DNA of 64,000 bases. Origin: Podarcis bocagei (Eukaryota). A model generated the notes under the pieces. It had not been told where the DNA came from. It did not search any database and worked only from the letters and a program-made list of their open reading frames with translations. This document shows positions 1 through 12,800 of this stretch, piece after piece. The stretch is from assembly GCA_964188305.1 (NCBI GenBank), contig OZ076885.1; one strand, 5' to 3'. Within the stretch, counting starts at the first letter, position 1. Each line of letters begins with the position of its first letter. The position numbers and the translations under genes are program-made.

Positions 1-797
1 TGGGACTTAATGGCATGTGACTAATGCCAGACTGCAGTCTTCAATGTTAAGCAATCATTTCAAGAACTTAGGATAGGCCTTTCGCTGCCATTGAGTGTGA
101 GAAATATCACCACTCATTTCTATACAAATGTTAATTGAAAAAAAATTGTCCAGCTATTTTATTAACTTAGGCAATATTAATAATTTGTTGTGTGTAGTAA
201 GATCCTGCAGATTTAATTAAAAAATGACTGGTTTGATATCTGTCCTTATTTTTTATTTCATTACACTAGTGGCTTTTCCAGCCAATCAGATTTTAGTGCA
301 ACAAACACACAACCAACCAACCGTTACTAATTTCTTTTGTTGCAGGGATCCTGAACCACTGAATTTGCAATGTTTTGTACATGTTGGTTTTATTGTTTTT
401 ATCTTCTGTAAGCCACCCTGAGAAATGCAAGTGTGCTGGAAGGGTATGACATAAATCTAACCATCACCATAGAAAATGCTATTTCCCCTCGCAGACAGTA
501 CATCTGTTGCTTTTGTGACTGCCACATTATAAGCAGTGTGATGGTATGAGTGTCAATCAAGTGATATGAATGGTAACGAGTGGGCTATTGAATATTACCT
601 GTGATATGATTGGTAATGAGTGGCATAAATTCTCTCTCCTCTGTACTTGTGCTGCTTTGAGATTTCTAAAATGAGGCAGTCACTGGAATTACTCCTGCCA
701 ATTTGAGGATGAAACCAGGGAGAGTTTGAAAGATGATCCTCTCCACATGCACAGTAACACACTGTTGTTTCAATAACCCTTTCAATGCAACCCGATA

Positions 798-1023
798 CAG
801 TGGTACCTTGGGTTAAGTACTTAATTCGTTCCGGAGGTCCGTTCTTAACCTGAAACTGTTCTTAACCTGAAGCACCACTTTAGCTAATGGGGCCTCCTGC
901 TGTCGCTGCACCGCCGGAGCATGATTTCTGTTCTCATCCTGAAGCAAAGTTCTTAACCTGAAGCACTATTTCTGGGTTAGCGGAGTCTGTAACCTGAAGC
1001 GTATGTAACCTGAGGTACCACTG
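798..1023. mobile_element. Tc1/mariner-type MITE
   Basis: TA|CAGTGGTACC...GGTACCACTG|TA; similar copies at 2019, 5550 and 27352. Confidence 0.9.
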
Positions 1024-1469
1024 TACATGCTTACTTGGAAGTAAAACTGGCTATGTTTGGTAAGGCTTACTCCATAACAAGTATGTTTAGGATTTTAGCC
1101 TAAATTTTTATTTTATATTATTTGAGTTCTTTAAAGATTGAGTGTTATTTCCTTCAACACTGTTCACTTCTCCTCAAAGGGTTTAATAATGCTATAGCTA
1201 TCCCCTCTTATTCATTGCATGTAGAGTGTATACTGTATTTTACTGATTTCTTTATATGGGAACTTAAGGGAGTAAACACAGTTCAGGCATCCATTCACTG
1301 ATTATCTGGAGATGCTTTAAGGAAACTGGGTACAATCCTGCCAGCATTTATTTGCAAAGAAACTGAACCATCTACTTGAGCTGCAAAACTCACAGATTAA
1401 TCAAACACAAGGTTGGAAAGTTTATTTACAATGGGTTTTGTTCATGTACAGCACAACCAAAGATAATGA

Positions 1470-1473
<4 letters not shown>

Positions 1474-1502
<29 letters not shown>
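1474..1502. repeat. (CT)n microsatellite
   Basis: direct reading. Confidence 0.95.
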
Positions 1503-1504
<2 letters not shown>

Positions 1505-2018
1505 AATTGTTATAATACATATACCAGAACCTTCACATAAACCTGCCCAAGAACTGAAGCCTTCCACTGATATCCCTACCATAAAGTGACAGTGCTCAAA
1601 GGGGCATTTTCTGTTTGTGGCCCCTTTACCTCTGGAATGTTCTACCTCAGTAGACCCAAATATGACCTTCACAGCTTCTATTTAGGAGAGCAGTTAAAAC
1701 TTTTCGTTTTAACTAAACTTTAGAGCCCCCCCCCCTAATTTTGGGGAGTGGCATGAGTTCTACAATTGTTAGTGGATGCTGCCCTGTGTTTTTAGTGATG
1801 AAGAGCAGGCTATAAATGATTTAAAATAAATCCAGTGTAGAAAGCAGAAGTCTGATGGGTTTTGATAAAATGCTTGTGATAATAGGCCGCTGAGCAGCCA
1901 AGTGAAATTTTGGCACAGCCGTTTAAGCTGTAGTAACTGCCTCCCCTCCTCAGGATTGGATAGGAGTCCCTCAGACAGGACTTCCATATTAATCTCTGTG
2001 TTATACTTCAGCCTAATA

Positions 2019-2244
2019 CAGTGGTACCTCAGGTTAAGTACTTAATTCGTTCCGGAGGTCCATACTTAACCTGAAACTGTTCTTAACCTGAAGCACCACT
2101 TTAGCTAATGGGGCCTCCTGCTGCTGCCGCACCACCAGAGCACAATTTTTGTTCTCATCCTGAAGCAAAGTTCTTAACCTGAAGCACTATTTCTGGGTTA
2201 GCGGAGTTTGTAACCTGAAGCGTATGTAACCCGTGGTACCACTG
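2019..2244. mobile_element. Tc1/mariner-type MITE, same family
   Basis: TA TSD; CAGTGGTACC TIRs. Confidence 0.9.
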
Positions 2245-4926
2245 TACAGATAATCTATAATTAACACATATTACGTACATAGTGCCTAGAATGGACAAAA
2301 ACATTATGCACAACTGCAAAATCTGCTGTTTTCTAAAAGTAGTTCTGGCTGTCCATGAAGGCTTTGCCAAATCTAGTTGTATACCTGTCAGTACCAATTT
2401 AAAGCCATTCATTTCTACTCTAAAAACATCTGTCAATTGGCCTGGGTATTGAGCTATTGATAATTGTTCTAATATGAAGACAGGCAGATAGCCCTGCTGA
2501 ATTGTCGGCTTACCACCAAATTTGTGCAGACAGACTCCTCACAAATTCAGACGTTATGCCTCTCATCTCACTTCTTTTGCCTTCCCCTGCCTGGCTCATG
2601 GTTGATTTGTTGTTGCTGCTTGTTCATTTTTATTATTTATTTCCCAATTGGCCTCGCAAGCATTGTAGGCAGCATGGTCCTACATTTTTTGCAGTCCTGT
2701 TCCTATATACAGTGCTGCTCCTATATAAATGCACAATAGCTCAACTATTCATTGACCTTTTAAAATCTAAGAGTGTCTGCCAGGCAATCTTGCCCACACA
2801 TCTCTAAAGGAAGCCCAGATATCCCAACATATGTGCCCCAGAGAAAAATAAAATATAGGTTAGATTAGGAAGGATGGCAAGGGATGAGATCACACAAGGC
2901 AAATTGTACTGTCAAGTTTGGCGATCAAAATCCCCCGTCCTCCATTGCAGAAATATGAGGCGTCATGGCTACTTTCTGAGCAAGATGCATGAATGGGACC
3001 GTTGTTAAGGTTCAAGTGCTGAAGTATGAGGTTATGGTGAGGAAATATTTTTTTCTGGAGAAAATTTGGCCTTTCTCAGACTACCTTGAGAAAGAAGTGA
3101 TCACCTCCTGGGCTGTTTGGTGTGGGGCAGGAGAACAATTTAAGGACATACTAGGCCACCCTGAGGGTTTATGAGGTTGTGGGCACACAAGAGTCAACCC
3201 CTTGAGCTACAGGCTGAGATGGGCTCTGGGGCATCCATAGGGATGGACAGGTACACTAGAGTGAACACTTTGTTGTGGGGCCATGATGAATATGCTCAGC
3301 CTCCACATACCTCAAGGCTCACCAGGAAAAGCTGGGGAGATACACCCAATTCTTGGCTAGAAAGCTACTGTATGCAGCAGTGGACATGCCCAGGGGATGC
3401 GAGTGGGGTGTTCCCCCCTTTATACTGTTGGGAGGTTGCGGAGACAATCTGTATTGTCCTTTCTAATAGGAAAGCCCTCGCTTAATAATTGGCTCTTGAT
3501 TTGCAGATCTCATATTATATTTCAATAAATTTAACCATTCCACCAACATGCTGTCTCTTGAGTCTTCTTCAGTGGTGTAGAGGAGAAAGAAGCAGGGAAT
3601 GATGGGATTGGGATTGCTTCGAAAACAGCACCTCACTATTTAACATGTTTTTATTACAAAACAGAGTGTGAATTATTGGAGATGTTGTTTTGAAACGTGA
3701 AAAAAAAAGAAATAGATAGCAGATCTCCTTTTGTAAAAAGACCAGAAAAGCAATGAAGAAATTAGAGGGAAATGTCACTTCCTTCTATTCCTTTTAAAAA
3801 GTCTTTAGAAATGTCACATCGTCAGAGATCCCATCATGATCCACAAAAATAAAACTGGAAAACTGGGACATTTGATACTGAATTATATTGTTCTTTGGAT
3901 GTGTTCAGCAACAGCATTATTTGAAAAGTACATCATTATTCAATATTTTTTTCCATTATTCAATGTCATGGTTGGAAAATGAGAGTATTACCGGCAGTTT
4001 CACTTTTTAATTCTGTGCCCTTGGAAAAAAAGGGTAATATCATGTCAGCTTAATGGACTTTTTGGTGACATGAGTAAAACAGGAAGCTACTGTTAATGCA
4101 ATATCTTTATTGAAAGCTGGGTACAGCTGTCTCTCCTGCCTCTTTTCTCAAGGTAATACTATGCTCCCAATCCTGTCATACCCAGGAATCAAATTATTTG
4201 AATTCTGGACACATCAGCAGAAAACTGAAGACACTCTGCCAGATCCATAGTATGCTTGGAAAAGAACATCGTACAGCATCACTCATTTATACGACTGTCA
4301 GTATGGTGCTGTAAATTCACAAGATATGGAGGCCTCAGGTGCCACACTTTTTGTCTCTCTGCTCCTCAATCACCTTCCTTCAATATCTCTACCCTATGTA
4401 AGCTAACATTTCATCTCTGAGCCATGTAGCTTTCAAATATCTGCCAGGATACTCAGAGGTTGTCCATGCTGTAAATTTGAATGGAAAACTATGCATTAAG
4501 GTGACTAGTTGATTACAGTCACCCAGAAAGATTCATGCCAGTTCTGAGATATGCCCTTGGAGAAGAATCTGCAAAAAGTTTGGTAGATCTAAACTAGAAT
4601 ATAGTTGGCACCTACTGACTACATCTATGGTAGGTTTACCCCCTGCTCCTCTTTTATTAGATGGTTCATTTGTGGGCAGAGGAAATTCAATAGGACAACT
4701 CATTTTCTCTTCTGCTCTTTGCCAAAAAGAAAATACAGTGCAATACTTAACAAAAATTCAAGACACAGATTGTTTAATTAACATTCATATTCAGTAACCA
4801 CCTAGATTAAGGTGAGGCTCACATAAGATTAAGCCTTCACATAAACAACGTGTATCAACTTTTGTGACATTGGAAAAAGGAATCTATCTAATAAATATCT
4901 AAACAAATCAGCAAGTTACTTAATAA

Positions 4927-5027
4927 GAATAGAATAGAATAGAATAGAATAGAATAGAATAGAATAGAATAGAATAGAATAGTTGGAAGATATCACAGGG
5001 GTCATCTAGTCCAACCCCCTGCAATGC
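4927..5027 (-). mobile_element. CR1-type 3' end with expanded (ATTCT)n tail
   Basis: (AGAAT)x11 followed by GTTGGAAG...GGTCATCTAGTCCAACCCCCTGCAATGCA; similar end at ~30170-30230. Confidence 0.7.
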
Positions 5028-5385
5028 ACGACTCAAAGCTAAATAAAAGAGTAATCTGTTTTAGTGGTGGGTGCTGGGGGGTTGAGGGACAGAACAGCAC
5101 GTCATATGGCTTTCCCTGGGTGCCCTACACTAGCCTGCTGTCCTCAGGTGTGATAGAAAATGATGTTCCACCATCAGTGTTGAAAGTACTTCTTAAACAG
5201 CTTTCCGGTTGGCTTCCGCACATGAAAATTGTGGAGGCACCATCTTGCCCTTTGACTCTGGCAGCAAAATTCTTGGAATGGTTCTGAATTTTCTCACTAA
5301 ACTATCAGCAAGATCATATGTGTGCAGTAAGTTGTGAGCCGGCTTTCACATCAGTGAGTTGTGTTTGGTGTTCTCAACATGCTAA

Positions 5386-5408
5386 GTGTGTGTGTGTGTG
5401 TGTGTGTG
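5386..5408. repeat. (GT)n microsatellite
   Basis: direct reading. Confidence 0.95.
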
Positions 5409-5549
5409 GAGACAATGGTCCAGTAAGCTCTGTGCAATGGAAGTGGCAACACATTGCGACTGGAATTTATTATGGTTTAAATTTATATTGCGTCTTTTTG
5501 AAACCAGGCACCAAGGCAGTTAAAACAAAAGTAATATACAAATACAATA

Positions 5550-5754
5550 CAGTGGTACCTCAGGTTACATATGCTTCAGGTTACAGACTCCGCTAACCCA
5601 GAGATAGTACCTCAGGTTAAGAACTTCAGGATGAGAACAGAAATCGTGCTCTAGTGGCGCGGCGGCAGCTAAAGTGGTGCTTCAGGTTAAGAACAGTTTC
5701 AGGTTAAGAACAGACCTCCGGAAGGAATTAAGTACTTAACCCAAGGTACCTCTG
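5550..5754. mobile_element. Tc1/mariner-type MITE, same family, opposite orientation
   Basis: TA TSD; internal sequence is the reverse complement of 798-1023. Confidence 0.88.
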
Positions 5755-6156
5755 TATAAAAGTCAATGTAATGCAACAAATTAAACACACAAAAAACACA
5801 GTAAAGAAAAACAAAAGCAGGTTAAGGACAGTCGCCAGCAACAATGCAAACTAGCGGTCTCTTTCCTTATTTGGATGGTGGATGCATTTGGCTTACCATG
5901 AGGTTCTATTCCCTGTACATGGGAAGTTCGGACACTTGTGGCTACAGGGGTAAGTATGCTGAAGAATTGCCTTTGGAGGGGTACAGACTAGATTGACACT
6001 GAACATTTATTGGTGTTTAGCACACATGGGAAATGTGACATTGTGTCTGATCAATGGCAGGGGAGTTGCTAGGGATGCTGTGGGGTCTGCTGCCAATGTT
6101 GCTATGTTAGTAAAATAAAAAAGTAAATTATAAGTAAAATAAGTAAAATTGACATC

Positions 6157-6416
6157 CTTCCGCAGGGCCTGCAAGACAGAGCTGTTCCACCAGGCCTTTG
6201 GCCAGGGCACAGCCTGACTCACTCCCTCGGCAATCTTCGCAGAGCTCTGGCCCAATGGTTGCTAGTGGCTTGAATTAATTAATTTTTATAATGAATGATT
6301 TTAGAATGTTGTTTATGTTGTACTCTTGTACTGTTTTATTGTTGTTAGCAGCCCTGAGCCCGGCTTCGGCTGGGGAGGGCGGGATATAAATAAAATTTAT
6401 TATTTATTTATTATTA
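6157..6416 (+). mobile_element. L2-like 3' end
   Basis: ...GCCCTGAGCCCGGCTTCGGCTGGGGAGGGCGGGATATAAATAAA followed by a TTA-rich tail. Confidence 0.65.
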
Positions 6417-6457
6417 AAAAGTAGAAACAAATGCTATCTCCTTTGCTGTTGGAAGTA

Positions 6458-6646
6458 CAGTCATACCTCGGGTTAAATATACTTCAGTTGAGCATTTTCA
6501 GGTTATACTCCGCGGCAACCTGGAAGTAACGGAACACGTTACTTCCGGGTTTCACCGCTCGCGCATGCGTAGACATGGCAAATCGCCGCTTCAGGATGCG
6601 AATGGGGCTCCGGAACAGATCCCGTTCGCATCCAGAGGTACCACTG
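6458..6646. mobile_element. Tc1/mariner-type MITE, related subfamily
   Basis: TA|CAGTCATACCTCGG...GAGGTACCACTG|TA. Confidence 0.8.
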
Positions 6647-7954
6647 TATATAAATTCATACACTCGTGTTAGCCTTGGCACAACAATCAGCCCAGCATAG
6701 CTGAACCACAGGACCAGCCTATGTTTAGGATTGCAACTAAAGCGAAAGATTTGGGGATGTAAATATGACCTCTGCCAGGCACATACTGTTGATTTAGAAA
6801 GCCAAACGATCAACATGCAGTTTGTTTACACCTTAGTCTTGACTTGACTATCTCTAAAAGAAAAAAGGCAACATGTGTTACATAGATACGAGCTCACAGA
6901 AAGCAGACACGGCATCAGTGAACTTCAAAGGAGAATTTCTAGCTCACTCACTTGGGAGTTACAGTAGTTACATTGAACTCAGTGGGACTGACTTTTGAGT
7001 TAACATGCTTTTAGAATAGAAATGGGTGGAATTGTGGTTTGTTAATAAGATGTACACAGTAATTACTTTCCATAATAAAAGATACTAGGGCTAAAATATG
7101 TCTAGATATCTCATCCTACATTCCTGGAAATCTTGCTCCAAATCCAGATGCATCTGGGAATCAGTAGTGAGAAAGGTTATTTATGACAACATGGGTAAGG
7201 GCAATCTGCCCATTATTATTTCATGTATTCCACGGCTGAACCAACATTATGAAAAACATATTCTGGCACTCAGGCCTGACTGCAAGACCACTTTAAAAAA
7301 TAGCATAAACAAAAGTTATCATAACCATTCGATAGCAGCTTTTTAATTAATTCCACCCAAAGTAGATGTGTTCTATGGAAGGCAACAAATTTTGGGATTA
7401 CCATTTTATTTAACCCTTACATTAAAGCTCTTCAGCTGTAAAACATCTTCTTTTTACATAATCCAAGTTGTTACCCAAGTTTCTGAGAAGTGCAGCACAC
7501 TGAATGTGCATTTCATAGATTAGGGTTATCAGCTATTTCATTACACAGTTACAGGCTCCCTCCTAAAACAGCTGAGTTTTTCTTGAAGGAATGGAATTGG
7601 TGTCTTGGGCAAATCTGACACATGCTCAGGGCTGGATTAAGATATTTAGAGGTCCTAAGCAATGAAAAGATTATGGTGCCCCCCTCCCCAATAATTCAAA
7701 ATAAAATCCAGATCAGTAATTCAAAATAAAATCCAAGAGCTTTAGGAGGAAACCGATTTTCTAGATCCATCTCAATCTGGGTTTAGGCCCGGTTTTGGCA
7801 CAGAAACTGCTTTGGTTGCCCTGTATGATGACCTCTGTTGGCAGAGAGACAGGGGGAATATGTCCCTGTTAATTCTCATCGAACTCTCAGGAGTTTTTGA
7901 TATTACTGACCATGGTTTCCTTCTAGAGCAGCTGTATGAGTTAGGGGTGGGTGG

Positions 7955-8368
7955 CAGTGGGGGAGCTTCATGCTCCTGCATTGGGGGCAGGATAGCAGGC
8001 GGGGCGGGGCTGGTGCGCATCCTGGGGGCATGGTGCGCCACCCACAGGGGCGGGGCGTGCATCCTGGGGGCAAGGCATGCCATCTGCAGGGGTGGGGACA
8101 GTCACGATGGCACATAGCTGTCAACTTTCAGATTTGAAAATAAGGGATCAGCAGCCTCGAAAATAAGGGATCAGCAGCCTCACCTGTCTTGGGGACAGTC
8201 TACGGGATATCTAACAATCCGAGATAGCAGCGGGAAACGGTGCTGGAATAAGGGACTTTCCCGCAAAAAAAGGGAAGGTTGACAGCCATGCGATGGCACC
8301 CTACTGGGATCGCGCTGCCGGGGGCGGTGCGCATCCCCCCCCCCCGCACTCCTCTTCCTCTGCCAGTG
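7955..8368. mobile_element. GC-rich hAT-type MITE
   Basis: Degenerate TIR CAGTGG...CCA(g)TG; perfect 8-bp TSD GTGGGTGG at 7947-7954 and 8369-8376. Confidence 0.75.
8113..8290. mobile_element. hAT MITE (CATAGCTGTCAAC family) nested in the previous MITE
   Basis: TIR CATAGCTGTCAAC / GTTGACAGCCATG; perfect 8-bp TSD CGATGGCA at 8105-8112 and 8291-8298. Confidence 0.9.
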
Positions 8369-8519
8369 GTGGGTGGCATCACTTTGCGGTAGTTCAGGTT
8401 CTACTTGGATTGGTTCTACTTGGATTGTACACAGCCTGGCGGTACTTCTGCATCCTATTGCTGTCGCTTGAAGCTCAGGTGGCCTAGAGTGGAGTTACCG
8501 GAGTAGGGTGCGAGGAAGT

Positions 8520-9800
8520 CTAATGAAGCCCCGCCCTGCCCCCAGTGATGCCTACTAGTTGATAGTTCTTTTTTAAATAAAATTTTAAATTAATTTAATT
8601 AAATAATTAAAATTAAATAAATAATTTTAAATAAATAAATAAGCAAACAAACCTCAAATTCAACCTGCTTCGCTGGCGCCCTAACTAAGCACGTGCGTCG
8701 CCTTGCCTACTGCGCGTGCTCGAAAGTCAAATCTTGCAGACCCAAAATTGGGAAACGGGAAAGCTACACCTGTTGCATTTCTGCCTGCTGCAGTGCCGCT
8801 GTTCAAAGGAGCCCTCGCGCCCACAACCCTCCAGGCGAGAAGCGTTTTGTGAGATCGAGGCTTTGAATGCAGCAGCGCGTCCCTTGAGCCCAGCCCAGCC
8901 CAGCCCTGTGTGTGTGTGTTTGATAACAAACCAGCGTGAGGGGCGGGAGATGCGTGCCAGGCGGGCAGGAACAAGCCGTAGGCCGCGCTTCGCCCTTGCC
9001 CAGCCCGGCCCCAGCTGAGCGAGGAGGAGGAGCCTCCCACTCCGGAGCCGAGGCCCGACCAGAGAGGCGCCAAGATGGCGGCGTCCGTTGAGTTGGACTT
9101 GCAGCCCCTGAGCCTGGAGTCGCTGCCCACGGACCCGCTGCTGCTCGTCCTCAGCTTCCTGGATTACAGGGACCTCATGAGGTGCGGGGAGCCCGGAGCC
9201 CGGCGGGGCTTAATGCGGGGAGCTGGCGGGGCAGGGCGGCGCTCTCGGGGCTGCCTTTGGGTTCCCTTGGCGGCGCCAACCATGGGGAAATGGGGAGGAA
9301 GAGGAGGAGGGTGGCGGCTGCTGCTGCTGCTGCCGCCTTCTCGGGGGAAGAGAGGGCCATGGCGATCCGTCTCCTTTCACCACAACCACCACCCAAAAAA
9401 CCCATCAATGGCGGGGCTGCGCGTGCAGGAAACAGCTCCATGGAGAAGCTTCCGAATGGGAAGGAAGAGTAGGGGATGCGAGGCTTGGGTTGAGCCGAGT
9501 GGGGAAATGGGGCGAGGGATAGCCCATAGCCCTGGTTATGGGAGCTGGGTCGATGGCCCTGTCTGTGGGGAAACAGCCCCCAACCCATCTCTCCCCCCCC
9601 CCCCGCAAGAGCTCCTAGTTCTCTGGGCTGCTCTGCATTGCACATTTCTGGAGAGGCTCCTGCCGTGGGTCCCAAGTGGCTTCCAAGCTGGCCCTGCGCT
9701 GATAGACAGGTTTTCTTTCACCACAGCGCGGCTGTGTCAACAGGTGCTTGCTCTGGGCAACGTGCTCGAAGCCAGCCCTGCCCTAGTGACATCACATGGT
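8520..9800 (+). promoter_or_regulatory. FBXO3 CpG-island promoter
   Basis: CpG-rich stretch around exon 1; GC boxes (GCCCCGCCC ~8528, GGGGCGGG ~8940); E-box CACGTG 8690-8695; YY1-type AAGATGGCGGC overlapping the ATG; no TATA box. Confidence 0.75.
9075..9181 (+). CDS. FBXO3: FBXO3 coding exon 1 (start of F-box)
   Basis: aagATGg start; MAASVELDLQPLSLESLPTDPLLLVLSFLDYRDLM; donor AG|GTGCGG. Confidence 0.95.
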
Positions 9801-12800
9801 GGATGCTTAAAATCCTCTCGGTGGCAGAGGGTTAGATTGATAAGGTTTATGATATGGGGTGTGTGTCTTCCTTTGTGCAAGGTAGCTGGGGGCTGGACTT
9901 GATTGAGCACCACAAAGCTTAGGGCCAACTAGGTGATAGGTGAGTGTAACCATCTCCTGACATTGTTTTTTAAAAATAAAAAGTAACCCTCTCCTGACAA
10001 AAAGTAGCCACAGTGTGCTGTCCTTATCAGGTAGCGAAATACAGGAGGTGAAATTAAGCCTTTCCTTTTCTACTTCTTTAAACTCAGAATTGTCCCTTCC
10101 CAGGCTGCTTTTCCACATGCAATAGAAAATGTATTGGCTCCCATATATTTTCCCTTAAGAAGTGACCAGAGAAGAAAAGTAGCCCCTCTTCATTCCTCTG
10201 ATTAAATTTGAAACCTGCTGAGGCTTCTTCTCACTTAAAGCAAAACCACAGGACTATTTTTTCTGGGAGATGCATTTATGTCTAGTTTGGCCCTTGACTG
10301 CACATACTTTAGATGAGGCTAGCATTGACAATTCAGCTTGGAAGTGGAACCTTTTAGTTTGAGCCAAGCTTGCAAAGTGCTGAGAGCAAGTTGTTTTGTT
10401 AATCATGAAAGCATAGTAAAACTTTGACATGTTCTGCATTCCTTGCAATGGAATTATTCACTTCCAGAATGTTTCTGTGACCCTCTGTTTCAAAACCTGA
10501 GATAATCGTGGAGCCAAAATAGATGGACCTCTCCCCTGAGGGAGTTTCCATATATTAATATAAAATTGACTTTAAAAGAAAAAGCCTTTGTTTTACTCTC
10601 CTTTGCTTTACAATTTCTTTAAAATGGCTTGTGGAGTGTCCCTAAATTTCCAATTATTTGTATTTTTTGTGTTTAATGTTATAGATACTATAGTGTCTGC
10701 CTCAGTTTGTCTCTATACACTATGATCTAATCTGATGGTGGTGGTAAATATATTCTGCTGTATGTACTGTGCACCCAAATGACAATTCATAGTTTTTCAG
10801 TGTTAATGGAAATTCTGTAGAACCTGTAGGGAGGTGTGTACTCCATTGTATTAGGATATCTTGTTTAATGTGCTGAGTTTGACATCTGTTAAAGCCAAAG
10901 TTAAGCACAGATAATTGGTGTGCTTTATAAGCAGCCCAACAAAGGCTTGGCAGAATTCCCAATGGTTGGAAGATGGGACTTAAGTATCCCCTTTCCTTTC
11001 CTATGGCAATGATTCCACATTCCCTGCCATTTATTTCATCTGTCCAAAATCTATATGCTGAGCTCACCTTAACACCATTTAGTCCTTTCCAAAAGGTGCA
11101 AATTAATACAACAACCAAAGCTGAGAATTGTAAACACTTGGCAAAATAGCAAATACATACAAATGTGCAACATTACTGGGTTTATGTTACCATGATGTTG
11201 CCTCCCATGTATGTCACAAGTAGTACAATTCAAATAATTTATACCAAATAGGTTTCTGAACATACAGTTGAACAAACTCTAAATTAACTTGCTCTTCCTG
11301 AAGTAGTGATTACGACATGAATTGAATCTCCTGCCCTGAGAGGTATCTCTGATGAGAATAGATGAAAAACCAAAGCTAATTTCTTTTAGCTTTTAAGATT
11401 AATTTTCTCCCTTGCCTTCTACAGACAAGTTGGAAGCTAATGCCCTAACTTGGAGAACTCCGGTTATTTGAAAATTTGATCTGTATCCAGCCCATTACCA
11501 AATCCAAGCACCAGTCCAGTTCCTGAACAGTCTCACTTGATTCTGATGAAATAAACAAAGCTGAATGTCATCAACATACTGATGACTCCTCACTCTAAAT
11601 CGTCTTCTGATCTCACCCGGCAGCTTCATACAGATGCTAAAGAGCATGGGGTGGAGCACAAAATGAAAGTGTCCAGAATTCCACAACACAGCTGCCACAT
11701 AGAAAATGTACAAAAATGTGGGTTAATTTATAGAATTGAGTCTTAAAGATAAGTGTGAAATCATGTGTCAAATTTAACTTTAAAAACAGGAAATTCTCCA
11801 GCATTTCTGTACAAAGTACAAGTGCAATCATTACTGAACCTGCTTTTAGTCTGACTTGTAGAGAAATTTAAACTGACTTTGTATTTGCAGCTGCTGTTGC
11901 GTAAGCCGTAGATTAAATCAGTTTTCAAGTCATGATCCACTGTGGAGGAGGCACTGTAAGAAATATTGGCTTTTGTCTGAGTAAGTATGGCTAGTGTTTA
12001 ATTTACATAAAATGAGAAAAATATTCAGTTGTGTTACCAGTTTTCTGTCTGGTAAATTTACAAGTTTTTGTAACTACTTCTTGGATTAAAAGTTGTGTGC
12101 ATTAAAAAATAAATTTTTAAATAGCTGAAAAAGTATGCAAGGATCAGCTCAATATGAAATAATCTGTTAGTAAATAATAGCTTCCTCCTGCAAAGATACT
12201 AGGTGGTGCTGATTCTCCAGTAGATATACTAGAATAGCTTAGCTTGTCTAAGTCGTAGGGTAGTTCTATGAAAAATGATGCAATATTCTTATCCCATAGG
12301 TTTTAATTGGAATCTAATTGGATATCAGAAAATTGTATGTTTGTGTTTGAGTTTGAAACTTGGATTAATTGCCGCTCATTTTGACACACAGTCACTTTTA
12401 CAGGTTTCCTTGGTAAAGCATGCATGAAAATTCACATGGCACTATGCCCCCCCTTTTTGCTAGCCAGCCCTGTGTTTCTTATGCATAAGGATTCTTTATT
12501 CACACCTGTGGCAAAGCCTTGACTGTTTTTGTGACATCCTCTAGAATGAATTCATAAAACATTAGCCAATTATCAGAATGGTATTTTGCTTTCCCTTTTG
12601 TAAAATCTTATTTCTGTTGTTTCTGTACAATATTACACAATTATGAGGCTTATACTTCCTTCCTGCTTTTTGTGTGCATATTATTCAAAATTAAATACAA
12701 CTCCAGTTGATTTTTTTTAATGGGATAGTTAAACACTTATGCAAATCCTGCTCATTGAACTGTAATCCAAACTTCTGAACTGGAATTTACCTTAAAAAAT

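Larger units (their letters stand above)
7755..8410 (+). mobile_element. old L2 RT fragment interrupted by nested hAT MITEs
   Basis: LDPSQSGFRPGFGTETALVALYDDL...FDITDHGFLLEQLYELGVGG reading; the sequence resumes after 8376. Confidence 0.75.

Noticed and set aside
536-625. Degenerate GTGATATGA(A/T)TGGTAA(C/T)GAGTGG tandem units
   Set aside because: Two to three short imperfect copies, consistent with ordinary local slippage duplication.
9075-9902. 275-aa ORF as a single-exon protein
   Set aside because: Only the first 35 codons are FBXO3. The rest is GC-rich intron 1 read through the donor at 9182.
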